58,512 bases of DNA from contig CAIUKQ010000222.1 in the NCBI GenBank assembly GCA_903899705.1, positions 1 to 58,512 of the forward strand, read 5' to 3'. Below the pieces are notes generated by a model. That model was not told the DNA's origin, made no database searches, and worked only from the letters and a program-made list of their open reading frames with translations. Below, one piece after another: positions 8,825 through 18,251 of the stretch. Both the position numbers and the translations under genes were made by a program. The first letter of the stretch is position 1; every line of letters begins with the position of its first letter. This stretch comes from an uncultured beta proteobacterium (GTDB taxonomy: Bacteria; Pseudomonadota; Gammaproteobacteria; Burkholderiales; SG8-39).

Positions 8825-9805
8825 ATGAAACAGAACAAGCTGTTATGCGCGGTGACGCTGGCTGTGGCTGTGGCTGCGATGTTGGATGCCGGAACCGTGT
8901 TCGCGCAGGCCTTTCCGGCAGGACCGATAAAGATCATCGTCCCGTTCACGCCCGGCAGCGCCACCGACATTCTCGGGCGCGTGACCGGCGAAGCACTGTC
9001 CACGGCATTCGGCCAGCCGGTAATCGTCGAAAACCGCGCCGGCGCAGGTGGGACCATCGGCATTGCGCTGGTGGCCAGGGCTGCGCCCGACGGGTTGACG
9101 CTGGGGGTGGTATCGACCGGGCACGTGGTCAATCCGGTGCTGTATGACAACCTGACCTACGACACCATCAAGGACTTTGCCGGCGTTGCGCCGCTGGCCA
9201 ACCTTCCCAGCGTGCTGGTTGCGCCGCAGAGCCTGGGCGCGAAGACGGTGCGCGATCTGGTGGCGATGGCCAAGGCCAAGCCAGGCGTGCTCAATTACGG
9301 CACGGCGGGCGTGGGCAGCGCGGCGCATGTCAACTCGGAGAAGTTCAACACCGCCGCCGACATCAAGGCGGTGCACATCCCGTTCAAGGGCACGCCGGAA
9401 ATCCTGGCCAGCGCCATGAGCGGAGAGGTGCAGATGGCCTGGGTGCCGCTGGTCTCCAGCGTGGGCGTGTTGAAGGACGGCCGCCTGCTCGCGCTTGCGG
9501 TCAGCACCAAGGTTCGTTCAGCAACACTGCCCGATGTGCCAACCATCGGCGAAGCCGGATTCCCGGGCGGACAGTTCGATTTCTGGGTGGGCATGCTGGC
9601 GCCGGCGAAAACCCCGCGGGACATTGTTGGCCGTATCAATTCGGAAATCAACCGTTCGCAGCAGACCGCGGATGTCAAGGCGCGGCTAGCCAAACTTGGC
9701 GCCGAGCCGATGCCCATGATGCCGGACCAGTTCGATGCCTACCTGCAGGATGAAGCCAATGTTTTGCAGAAAATAATGAGAGCATCAGGTGCAAGGCCGA
9801 ACTGA
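8825..9805 (+). CDS. Tripartite tricarboxylate transporter substrate-binding protein (Bug/TctC)
   Basis: Signal peptide; PFTPGSATD, VENRAGAGG, HIPFKG; GAGGAGG RBS. Confidence 0.92.
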   Translation: MKQNKLLCAVTLAVAVAAMLDAGTVFAQAFPAGPIKIIVPFTPGSATDILGRVTGEALSTAFGQPVIVENRAGAGGTIGIALVARAAPDGLTLGVVSTGHVVNPVLYDNLTYDTIKDFAGVAPLANLPSVLVAPQSLGAKTVRDLVAMAKAKPGVLNYGTAGVGSAAHVNSEKFNTAADIKAVHIPFKGTPEILASAMSGEVQMAWVPLVSSVGVLKDGRLLALAVSTKVRSATLPDVPTIGEAGFPGGQFDFWVGMLAPAKTPRDIVGRINSEINRSQQTADVKARLAKLGAEPMPMMPDQFDAYLQDEANVLQKIMRASGARPN

Positions 9806-9854
9806 TCGACTTCCGGGACGATCGGATCAAGGCAGGATAATCAAGGAGAGGGAA

Positions 9855-10859
9855 ATGCTGAAGGTAGTTGTCATAGGCACAGGCTGGTGGGGAATGGAAC
9901 TGGGCAAGGCCGCGAAGGGCCGCCCCGACAAGGTCGAACTCGGCGGGTGCTGTTCGCTCTCCGAGGCGGAGTGCGCAAAGTTCATCGCCGCGTACGGCGG
10001 TAAGCGCTGGAACAGCTATGAAGAGGTGCTGGCCGACAAGAGCGTGGACGCGGTGATGCTGGCAACGCCGCATTCCCTGCATTGGACGCAGATCATCGCC
10101 GCCGCCGAGGCGGGCAAGCATGTTTTCTGTGAGAAACCCTTCACCCTTTCCGTTGAAACGGCGTCCAAAGCCATACGAGCCTGCGAGAAGGCAAAAGTCG
10201 TGTTGGCGGTCGGCCACAACCGCCGCTTCCTGCCCGGCCCGCGACGGATGAAAGCGATGATTGATGCGGGAGAGTTGGGAACCATCATTCACGTTGACGC
10301 CCATTACTCCGGCAACATCGAAGGCCGCTATCCGAAAGAGCACTGGCGCGTGCAGCAAAGTGAAATCCCCGCGGGCTCAACCACGCCGATGGGGCTGCAT
10401 GTGGTGGACACGCTGACCTGGCTGCTCGGGCCGGTGGCGCGCCTGGTGGCGATCACCAAACACCAGGCATTGTCGTACCCCCTGGATGACACCTGCGCGG
10501 CATTGTTTGAACTCAACAGCGGCGTCACCGGGCAATACAGCGCGCATCTGGCGGTTGCAATGAGCTCGATGCTCAAGGTCTATGGGACGAAGGCGAATCT
10601 CGAATGCAGGAATGCTTTCTCGGAACTCACCATCGAGCCCACCGACGCGAGCAAGCCGCGCGAATTCATACGCTACACCCACGATGACAGCCTTCAGCAG
10701 GAGGTCGCCGCCCTTGCGGATGCCGCGGCCGGTGGGGCTCCCTATCCGATCAAGCCGCTTGAAGCCCTGCGAAATATCGGAGTGCTGGAGGCCATCATGA
10801 AATCGGCCGCGTCCGGCAATGCCTGGGTGTCGGTGGCGCAGGGGCTCACAGCGCAGTGA
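9855..10859 (+). CDS. Gfo/Idh/MocA family oxidoreductase
   Basis: GTGWWG, ATPHSLH, GKHVFCEKP, GHNRRF. Confidence 0.9.
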   Translation: MLKVVVIGTGWWGMELGKAAKGRPDKVELGGCCSLSEAECAKFIAAYGGKRWNSYEEVLADKSVDAVMLATPHSLHWTQIIAAAEAGKHVFCEKPFTLSVETASKAIRACEKAKVVLAVGHNRRFLPGPRRMKAMIDAGELGTIIHVDAHYSGNIEGRYPKEHWRVQQSEIPAGSTTPMGLHVVDTLTWLLGPVARLVAITKHQALSYPLDDTCAALFELNSGVTGQYSAHLAVAMSSMLKVYGTKANLECRNAFSELTIEPTDASKPREFIRYTHDDSLQQEVAALADAAAGGAPYPIKPLEALRNIGVLEAIMKSAASGNAWVSVAQGLTAQ

Positions 10860-10956
10860 CAGGCCGGCGGGCGCGAAGGCGTCTGCACCGGTCATGGCCC
10901 AGCGCCGGTGTCTTTGGCGGTATGCTTGGCACCAATTTGCGTTTCCGGAGTGAACC

Positions 10957-11457
10957 ATGAACATCAGCGCTGAACAGCTGGCGGAGCTCCTTGCCGGCAT
11001 TGCCAAAGCCCAGAACGCCATCATCGACGCGGTGGAGCGTGCCAACGGCGGCTGGCGCAGCACGCACATGAGCCCGACGCTGAATGTGGCGGCCAATATG
11101 CGCAGCGCCGAACCCCGGCTGGTCGACCTGCCCTCGCGGGTGTTGCTGCGTTATCAGGGTCGCGCGGCGGTGGATGTGGCCTTGATTGCGGCGGAGCTGG
11201 ATCACCTTGTCACGGGCGCCCCGATGCCTGTGGCGGCGGCGAATGCATCTGCGGCAATGGCCAGACCCGAGGCCGTATTGGCAACGGCGCGCCCCATCGC
11301 GGCGGCACCGGCAGCCTCTCCGGTTCCCGCAACGCCTCAGGCCGTCCCAGCCGCGCCTGTCGCGGCCAGGCCGGTCGCCCCAGCGACACCCGCTCCTGCG
11401 CCGGCAGCGCCTCAGGCCGCAGGCGGAGATGATCTGGATTTTTTAAGCAAGAGCTGA
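10957..11457 (+). CDS. Hypothetical protein with helical N-domain, Ala/Pro-rich linker and acidic tail
   Basis: GGAG RBS; host-like codon usage; same direction as the upstream operon. Confidence 0.7.
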   Translation: MNISAEQLAELLAGIAKAQNAIIDAVERANGGWRSTHMSPTLNVAANMRSAEPRLVDLPSRVLLRYQGRAAVDVALIAAELDHLVTGAPMPVAAANASAAMARPEAVLATARPIAAAPAASPVPATPQAVPAAPVAARPVAPATPAPAPAAPQAAGGDDLDFLSKS

Positions 11458-11507
11458 ACGGGCTTTCACCCGTGATGCCCGGCAGGGCAGGCTAAGCCGT
11501 TGCGCAA

Positions 11508-11708
11508 TCAGCTGGCGCGATAGGCCTTGCCGGCCGGGGTGAGTTTGATGCCGTATTTGAACCGGTAAACCATCCGTCGCCAAAGGCTTGTGCCGGTCAG
11601 TCCGGCGCGCGCCAGCCGCGGCGTTGCCTCTGGAAATGCGCACTCCACGCCAAGCAGTGCTTCGCCATAGCCGGAGGTGGGTGCGGATTTCTGGGCTGGC
11701 ATTTTCAC
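11508..11708 (-). CDS. Short hypothetical ORF (66 aa)
   Basis: GTG start overlaps the TGA of the 11705..11869 ORF (GTGA coupling); no recognisable motif. Confidence 0.3.
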   Translation of the reverse strand: MKMPAQKSAPTSGYGEALLGVECAFPEATPRLARAGLTGTSLWRRMVYRFKYGIKLTPAGKAYRAS

Positions 11709-11869
11709 GGGGCTTCCTTGATTGCGGGTGTATCGTTGTTGAGGTTTGTGTCGTCTTGCGAAGTCGATTGGGCTATCAGGATCACCCTGAAGGTGTAGTT
11801 GAAGAAATCGGCGGCAATCAGCCTACCGTCGGTTTTCTGGTCAGTTTTTTTATTGTTGTCGGCTGCCAT
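11705..11869 (-). pseudogene. 54-aa ORF divergent from pdsR, possibly a remnant of a PdsR-regulated gene
   Basis: Translated by hand: MAADNNKKTDQKTDGRLIAADFFNYTFRVILIAQSTSQDDTNLNNDTPAIKEAP*; it lies where a Pds target gene would be expected. Confidence 0.3.
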
Positions 11870-12019
11870 GGTTTCACTGATCCGATCCCGGTTTGGTCAC
11901 GGATACATTCAAACACTCCAATCTGGCAAATCACCGAAAGATTGTGGCAAAAATATGGCGGTGGCCCCGGCCGGCATGGCGCTCGGGTATATTTCTGCAA
12001 CCCGATTTCGGATTCAGTC

Positions 12020-12709
12020 ATGCCCCGACGTATTGCCCTGGTGGAAGACGATCCGGCCATTCGCGCCAACTATGCCGATGCATTGGCCAAGCATGGACAC
12101 GAGGTGCACGCCTACGGTTCCCGGGCCGAGGCCATGGCCGCGTTCCGTTCACGCCTGCCCGACCTCGCCATTCTTGACATCGGACTGGGCGACGACAGCG
12201 ACGGCGGCTTCGCCCTGTGCCGCGACCTGCGGGCGTTGTCGGCGGGCCTCCCGATTATTTTTCTGACAGCGCGCGACAGCGATTTCGATGTGGTGTCGGG
12301 TCTGCGCATGGGGGCCGACGATTACCTGACCAAGGACATCAGCCTGCCGCATTTGCTGGCGCGCGTTGCTGCCTTGTTTCGGCGCATTGATGTGCAGCGC
12401 GAGCCCAGGGCAGCTGACGATATTCTGGAGAGAGGACCGCTGGCTCTGGACATGAAGCGGTTCACGGCAACCTGGGCCGGCGTGCGCGTCGAACTGACCC
12501 TCACGGAGTTCTGGATGGTGCATGCCCTTGCCCGCTTTCCGGGTCATGTGAAAAACCGGGAGCAACTCATGCGAGAGGCAAACCTGGTGGTCGACGACGA
12601 CACAGTGACCTCGCACATGAAGCGAATCCGGAGGAAGTTCCAGGCAATTGCCTCGACTTTCGATGAAATCGAAACCGTCTACGGCATGGGTTACCGGTGG
12701 AAAGGCTGA
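12020..12709 (+). CDS. pdsR: OmpR-family response regulator of the proteobacterial dedicated sortase system type
   Basis: IALVEDDPAIRANY, LPDLAILDIGL, GADDYLTKDISLPHLLAR, IETVYGMGYRW. Confidence 0.82.
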   Translation: MPRRIALVEDDPAIRANYADALAKHGHEVHAYGSRAEAMAAFRSRLPDLAILDIGLGDDSDGGFALCRDLRALSAGLPIIFLTARDSDFDVVSGLRMGADDYLTKDISLPHLLARVAALFRRIDVQREPRAADDILERGPLALDMKRFTATWAGVRVELTLTEFWMVHALARFPGHVKNREQLMREANLVVDDDTVTSHMKRIRRKFQAIASTFDEIETVYGMGYRWKG

Positions 12710-12743
12710 CCCCTCGGGTTTGCCGGTTCTGGCCGGCGCCGGC

Positions 12744-14417
12744 GTGAATTCGAAGTTCCTCCGGGTTTTCTCCTTGGGCTTGCGCGGCAAGCTCGCCTTT
12801 GCGGCGCTGGTCCTGCTGGCGTTGCCCTGGGTGGGCTGGCAATACGTGCAGGAGATGGAAGGGTTTCTGCTGGATGCGCAGGAGCACACCCTGCTCGGCA
12901 CGGCACGGGCCGTGTCCACGGCCCTGCACGAGAGGCCGCAATTGCTTCGTCTGCGCCCAGTCCCGAGGCGTTCGGTCGAGCCCGGTGCCGCGCAAAATCC
13001 GGAGGGCGAGATGCCACCACCAGTTCTGGATGTCGATCCCCGTCACTTGGGGAGTGAATCAGCCGGTGTTGATCGTGACGGGGAGGTCGCGGCGATCCTC
13101 AAGGGGATTGAGCGCACGACCTCGCGGATCTGGGTGGTGAACCGGGAATACCGCGTCATCGCCTTGTCCGGCAGCCTGCGGCGCGCGCTGCCGCCCGCGC
13201 AGGATCTCGGCTGGTTGGAGCGATTGATCCAGTTCGCTATTGCCAGCATCCTGAAGCGGCCTTCGGAGGATTTTGATGAAGCCACGCCGGAGGATGTGCT
13301 TTCTTCGGGGCGAGAGGTGATGGCCGCGCTGCAGGGTGCGCCACGCACCCGCATACGCCAGACATCGGACGGCAAGGCGGCGATCGTTTCGGCAGCCCAT
13401 CCCATCTGGTCGGGCGATGAAGTCATTGGTGCCGTGGTGGTGGAGGAGAGCACCAATTCGATTCTTTCGGTGCGCAACCAGGCGCTGGAGCGGCTTTTGT
13501 TCGCCACCCTCGCGGCCTTTGTGCTTGCGGGTGCGGTCCTGCTCGGCCTGGCGACACGCATCTCCTGGCGCATCCGCCGGCTCCGCGACGAAGCAGAGGG
13601 TGCCATTGATGCTCAGGGCCGGATCACGCATGCCTTTTCCGGAACGAATGCCGGCGACGAAATCGGCGATCTGTCCCGGAGCTTTTCCTCGGTTCTGGAA
13701 CGTCTGGCCGAACATCACAGTTATCTCGAAACCATGGCAAGCCGCCTTTCACATGAACTGAGAACGCCGGTGGCGGTGGTCCGATCGTCGCTGGAAAACC
13801 TGAAGCTGGAGCCTTCTCCCGCCGAGTCACGGGTTTACCTGCAGCGTGCCGAGCAGGGATTGGCGCGTCTCTCAACAATCCTCACCCGCATGAGCGAGGC
13901 AACACGACTGGAACAGGGACTGCTCGGCACCGAGCGTGAACCCTTCGACCTCGCGGTTGTCATTTCAGGCTGCGTGGAGGGTTATCGCAGCGCATTTCAC
14001 GGTCGGGTCTTTGACTTGTCCATTCCGGATGCCCCGGTGATGGTTGAAGGATCGCCCGAACTCGTCGCCCAGATGCTGGACAAGCTGGTTGACAACGCGA
14101 ACGATTTTGCCGCCGCTGGCACCGCGGTCCGTGTGAGGATCGAGCGGGTCGGTGCCGTGCCGGAGTTGGGCGAGCCTGGCAGTGTGGTTTTGAGCGTCAG
14201 CAATGAGGGGGATCCCCTGCCCGAAGGCACGCGCGAGCGACTGTTTGCGTCCATGGTCTCGATGCGCAGAGACAAGGGAGGGGAAAAGCCGCACCTCGGT
14301 CTGGGACTTTACGTGGCGCGTCTGATTGCCGAATTCCATCGTGCAACCATTCAGGCCGAGAACCTGCCCGATGGGCAGGGCGTGGCGGTATCGATCACAT
14401 TCAAGCCGCTGGCGTAA
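12744..14417 (+). CDS. pdsS: Sensor histidine kinase, PdsS type
   Basis: LPWVGWQYVQEMEGFL, HAMP GDEIGDLSRSF, H-box SHELRTP, KLVDNANDF, HLGLGLY; start is approximate (GTG 12744). Confidence 0.8.
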   Translation: MNSKFLRVFSLGLRGKLAFAALVLLALPWVGWQYVQEMEGFLLDAQEHTLLGTARAVSTALHERPQLLRLRPVPRRSVEPGAAQNPEGEMPPPVLDVDPRHLGSESAGVDRDGEVAAILKGIERTTSRIWVVNREYRVIALSGSLRRALPPAQDLGWLERLIQFAIASILKRPSEDFDEATPEDVLSSGREVMAALQGAPRTRIRQTSDGKAAIVSAAHPIWSGDEVIGAVVVEESTNSILSVRNQALERLLFATLAAFVLAGAVLLGLATRISWRIRRLRDEAEGAIDAQGRITHAFSGTNAGDEIGDLSRSFSSVLERLAEHHSYLETMASRLSHELRTPVAVVRSSLENLKLEPSPAESRVYLQRAEQGLARLSTILTRMSEATRLEQGLLGTEREPFDLAVVISGCVEGYRSAFHGRVFDLSIPDAPVMVEGSPELVAQMLDKLVDNANDFAAAGTAVRVRIERVGAVPELGEPGSVVLSVSNEGDPLPEGTRERLFASMVSMRRDKGGEKPHLGLGLYVARLIAEFHRATIQAENLPDGQGVAVSITFKPLA

Positions 14418-14483
14418 GCACCCACGGGCGGGGTCGTCAATCACCGGTGTACGCGAGGTTGCTGCGATAACGAATTCCCGGCC

Positions 14484-16406
14484 TCAGGAGGGCGTCAATG
14501 CCTGCAGCGCCTCGCCCAGCGAAATCCCCGCATCGGGTCGGTCAAACAGTCGTCCGACGGTTTGAAGGATGCGCTCACTTGTTGCCTTGCGGGCATCCTC
14601 ATTGGTCCCGAGGGAAAGAGCCCGTTCAGTGAAGGCCTCTGTGGTATCCACGATGCAATCGTGGAAGTCCATTTCGAGGTAATGCCCTAGCGTGAATCTT
14701 CCGCGCAGTTGTTGGGCCGGGAGCGTAACCACCGGGACGCCCAGAGAGAGTCCTTCTGCCGAAGAGTTGTTACCGCCAAAATAGAGCGGGTCAAGCAGCA
14801 CGTCCATGCACGACACCATCTTCAAAAACTCCGGTGTGGGGCGCTGCGGCAGGACCACGACACGATTGACCTCGCGACCCAGGCGGCGCTCAAGGCGCCC
14901 CAGCACTTTTCGGGTCCAGGGTTTGCGCGCTTCGACCAGGACGATATGGGCGGCGGGGTCGCGCTCGAGGATGTTGGCGAAGATGCCATCGAAATCCGGA
15001 TGCAGCTTGAACATGGTCTGCAGGCACCCGTAGAGGTTGCCCTGCAGGGGCAACCCAAAGGTGCTTCGGTCGAAGGCTCCCGGTGCAGGATGAGGGCGCG
15101 CATAGCGCGGCAAAAAGTAGCGTGGGAGGCGCAGTAACTTCTCGCTGTACTGTTTTTCGCTGCCCGGCAACTCCAGTATTTGCGAAGAGATGTAATGGTC
15201 AACTGTGTCGATGCCCATGGATACAGGGTGCCCCCAGGCGACCAGCTGTACCGGCGCCAGCCGCCAGAACGCCAGGTAATAGGTGAGCGGGTGCATCCCC
15301 AGATCCGCGAATATCAGGAAGTCCGGTTCGCCCGCTTCGATCGCGGCGCGGATGGAGGCCATGTCCGTGGAAAGTACGACATAGGTATCTGCGGCGCGAC
15401 GGATTTCCTCGGCGAATGCATCCCCCGGATGCGGCGCGATCGAAAACACCCACACTTCGAATTCGTCGCGCGGCAGATCGCCGATCCAACCTATGGTTGT
15501 GCGGCCGATGGAATGGGTGTTGAAATTTGTCGACACGAACGCGACCCTTCGCCTGCGCCGACGAAAGCGACCACGAAAATCCGGAACTGCCGTGGCGCCG
15601 GCATAGTTCTTTCGCACAACAGCCGCCAACTTGTCCATCAAAGGCCGATCATCCAGTCCGTGATAAGCCAGATAGAACGCCGTCATCCCGACGCTGGTCT
15701 CAGGGTGGGGCATGGCGTCGGTCTTGTCGGCGAGCAGCAGGTCGAGTTCGTGCCCGAACCGTTGTCTTGCGACGGTGATTTCGTCAACGGATCCGGGAAT
15801 GATGGGAAGAAGCAGGGCGCGGCGCAGTCTTGCCGAAGTATCCCGCACAGAAGTCACCCGCTTCGAGGCAATTTCCTGCGCGGCTTCAGGTTCGGATTCG
15901 TTATAGAGAAGGTCCGCCTCGCCCACAAGCGCGGCAGAGTGGGTCGGATCGATGGAAAGGGCCTGGCGAAAAGCCTGATGCGCCTCATCGTTCTGAAATA
16001 CACCGGCCAGCGCGCTGCCCAAGTCCGCAAGTGCGTCTGCTTGCATGGGCTGTCCTTCGGCAAGCCGGGAACCCTTCGTGAAGTAGGGAAGCGCGGCTGC
16101 GTGGCCCTGCTCCGAAAGGATCAGTTCGGCGAGCATCAACACGTAGGCCGGCTCATCCGGCGCCTCCTCAACGGCAATGCGCATGGCGGCAATGGCCTTC
16201 ACGTTCCGGCCGGACTGCCGGAACAGCAGGCCCTTCAGATACCAGGCATCCGCAAAGGACTCGCCACGTGCAATCAATGCATCGCAGATGCGCTCCGCTT
16301 CGTCAGTCCTGCCCGATCGAAACAGGTCGAACGCATCACGGAAGCCGAGGCGGGGTCGGCCCCAGCGGACAGCGAACATGGCCAGCATTTTTTTCAGCAT
16401 TTGCAA
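14484..16406 (-). CDS. TPR-containing GT41 (O-GlcNAc transferase/SPINDLY-like) glycosyltransferase
   Basis: N-terminal TPRs; HSIG, RLAPVQ, WGHP, FKLHP, DVLLDP..GGN..EGLSLGVPVVTL. Confidence 0.85.
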   Translation of the reverse strand: MQMLKKMLAMFAVRWGRPRLGFRDAFDLFRSGRTDEAERICDALIARGESFADAWYLKGLLFRQSGRNVKAIAAMRIAVEEAPDEPAYVLMLAELILSEQGHAAALPYFTKGSRLAEGQPMQADALADLGSALAGVFQNDEAHQAFRQALSIDPTHSAALVGEADLLYNESEPEAAQEIASKRVTSVRDTSARLRRALLLPIIPGSVDEITVARQRFGHELDLLLADKTDAMPHPETSVGMTAFYLAYHGLDDRPLMDKLAAVVRKNYAGATAVPDFRGRFRRRRRRVAFVSTNFNTHSIGRTTIGWIGDLPRDEFEVWVFSIAPHPGDAFAEEIRRAADTYVVLSTDMASIRAAIEAGEPDFLIFADLGMHPLTYYLAFWRLAPVQLVAWGHPVSMGIDTVDHYISSQILELPGSEKQYSEKLLRLPRYFLPRYARPHPAPGAFDRSTFGLPLQGNLYGCLQTMFKLHPDFDGIFANILERDPAAHIVLVEARKPWTRKVLGRLERRLGREVNRVVVLPQRPTPEFLKMVSCMDVLLDPLYFGGNNSSAEGLSLGVPVVTLPAQQLRGRFTLGHYLEMDFHDCIVDTTEAFTERALSLGTNEDARKATSERILQTVGRLFDRPDAGISLGEALQALTPS

Positions 16407-16474
16407 ACCGCGGTCCCCCGAGCCTCTGTCGGAAGATTCACCCGGTGCTGGAAATTGCCGGGCGTCTCAGGCAT

Positions 16475-17218
16475 TCAGCTTGATCGCGACGGGAGATCGA
16501 GCTCCGGGTATCGCCTGAAAATGCCTTTTTCGTTGAACGGAATGCGCCGGTTGGACGCCAGGTAGGCGGCGAGCTTTTCCCGCGAGGAAACCTGGCGATG
16601 CAAGGCGACGAGTTTGGGCACCAGGCTCTCAGCCTTTGCCATCGCGTTGGGGAATGCGTAGCGCATGCCCTCGACAATCTGGAACATCGAGGTATCGACG
16701 TAGCTGGCACAGTCGCCCACCATGTACTGCGGCCCCTTCGAGTTGCGCTCGAGCACCCGCTCGAAATAACCCAGGTACTTCAGCAGTCTCACGTCCAGAA
16801 AATTCTGCGTGTAGCGCATTGCCTCGGGTTTCTGCTCTTCGTAGTACAGGCTGCTTCCCACCGGGTGATGGGTGTCGTGCGCTTCCTTGATGAAATCGGT
16901 CACCATCATTTGAAGCTGATGCGCCCACAGTCGGCCGGCCTCATCCCGCGGTGCGAGGCCGATTTTCGGGCCGAGGTATTGGAGAATGTTTGCGGACTGC
17001 GAGATCACGAGAGAACCGTCGCGCAGAAATGGCGGCGCAAAGGGCGGACGTTCCAGTTCCGTGTTTTGCAGGAGTTTCATCAGCGCCGGTACACCGCCGC
17101 CTTCGGACTCGGGCTGGCGCGCGACATCGGTGTACGCGGTGCCTGAATCTTCCAGAGCCAGTCGCACGAATTCGCCGCGGCCCTGTATGCCTGGCCAGTA
17201 AAAAAGCTCGTATGCCAT
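16475..17218 (-). CDS. Glutathione S-transferase
   Basis: LFYWPGIQGRGEFVRL, PPFL, SQSANILQYL, SYVD. Confidence 0.9.
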   Translation of the reverse strand: MAYELFYWPGIQGRGEFVRLALEDSGTAYTDVARQPESEGGGVPALMKLLQNTELERPPFAPPFLRDGSLVISQSANILQYLGPKIGLAPRDEAGRLWAHQLQMMVTDFIKEAHDTHHPVGSSLYYEEQKPEAMRYTQNFLDVRLLKYLGYFERVLERNSKGPQYMVGDCASYVDTSMFQIVEGMRYAFPNAMAKAESLVPKLVALHRQVSSREKLAAYLASNRRIPFNEKGIFRRYPELDLPSRSS

Positions 17219-17231
17219 TAACTATTTGATT
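17219..17231 (-). promoter_or_regulatory. IHF consensus site immediately upstream of the GST start codon
   Basis: Minus strand reads AATCAAATAGTTA, which matches WATCAANNNNTTR. Confidence 0.5.
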
Positions 17232-17252
17232 TTATTAATTTAATAGTTGAAT

Positions 17253-18251
17253 CTAGACGGGCGTGAACAGTTCTTCGAGCTTGGGCAGGCGATCGATGTA
17301 GCCCTGCTCGTGCGCATAGCGGACAAAGGTCTCGATGACATGGCGGTTCTTTGCGTCCAAGCCCTGTGACCACGCGTTCGGCCCGTAGATGGCGCGCTCT
17401 TCTTCGAGGAAGAAAACGGCTTCCGACAGTCCCAGACGTTTGGAATCGTTGTCGTAGAACTCATCGTTCATGCGCTGCGCATCGCAAAACGCGTTGTAGA
17501 TCGATTTGGCCAGCCAGGGTTCGCGGTCGTACAGGCTTTGCTTCATCACGATGGTATGGGTGATGGGCAGGATGCCGGTGCGGGCGACGAGACTTCGCAT
17601 TTCGGCGCGCGCGTCGCGGAACAGGCGGCGGATGCCCGGCTGCGCCTTGAGGACGGAAGTCGGCGTGGTAGGCACCATGATGGCGTCCACGATGCCATCG
17701 CGCAGCATGTCCTCGGGTTTGGCACCGGGGATCATCTCCACCTTGATGTTTTTCGGAATCACGAATCCCGCGCCCTCCGGCCCACCGGTGACCCAGGTGA
17801 GCTGATCCGGCGACAGGCCATAGTAATCCTTCAGGATGCCGCGCGACCACAGATTGACGGTGTAGCGGTAGCCCGGCGCGCCGATGCGCTTGCCGATCAG
17901 GTCCCGCGGGCAGGTGATGGTCGAATCATCGCGAACGAACAAATAGGCGAGAACCGGCATGCGCAACGGAAACAGCGGCATCGCAATCACCGGCTCGCCG
18001 CGCATGCGCGCCGCCACGTACCAGGAGAGCGAAAATTCGGCCACGTCGTATTTTTCGTAGACGGGCTGCTCGCAGAAGTCGCCGATCCACTTGGGGTCGA
18101 CGGTGAGATCCACGCCTTCGGCCTTGACGCGCCCGTCGATCAGGGGTTTGGTGCGGTCGTAATCCGCCAGCGCAAGATGGATGGGGAGCAGGCCCTTGCC
18201 GGCGGCCACTTCGCGCTCGATGACGGGTTGACCTTGATCACGTGCATTCAT
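17253..18251 (-). CDS. 4,5-dihydroxyphthalate decarboxylase-like / periplasmic-binding-fold protein
   Basis: DYDRTKPLIDGRV, DVAEFSLS, LFP, WSRGILKDYYG, PITHTIV, YAHEQG; GAGGAGG RBS before ATG 18251. Confidence 0.75.
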   Translation of the reverse strand: MNARDQGQPVIEREVAAGKGLLPIHLALADYDRTKPLIDGRVKAEGVDLTVDPKWIGDFCEQPVYEKYDVAEFSLSWYVAARMRGEPVIAMPLFPLRMPVLAYLFVRDDSTITCPRDLIGKRIGAPGYRYTVNLWSRGILKDYYGLSPDQLTWVTGGPEGAGFVIPKNIKVEMIPGAKPEDMLRDGIVDAIMVPTTPTSVLKAQPGIRRLFRDARAEMRSLVARTGILPITHTIVMKQSLYDREPWLAKSIYNAFCDAQRMNDEFYDNDSKRLGLSEAVFFLEEERAIYGPNAWSQGLDAKNRHVIETFVRYAHEQGYIDRLPKLEELFTPV

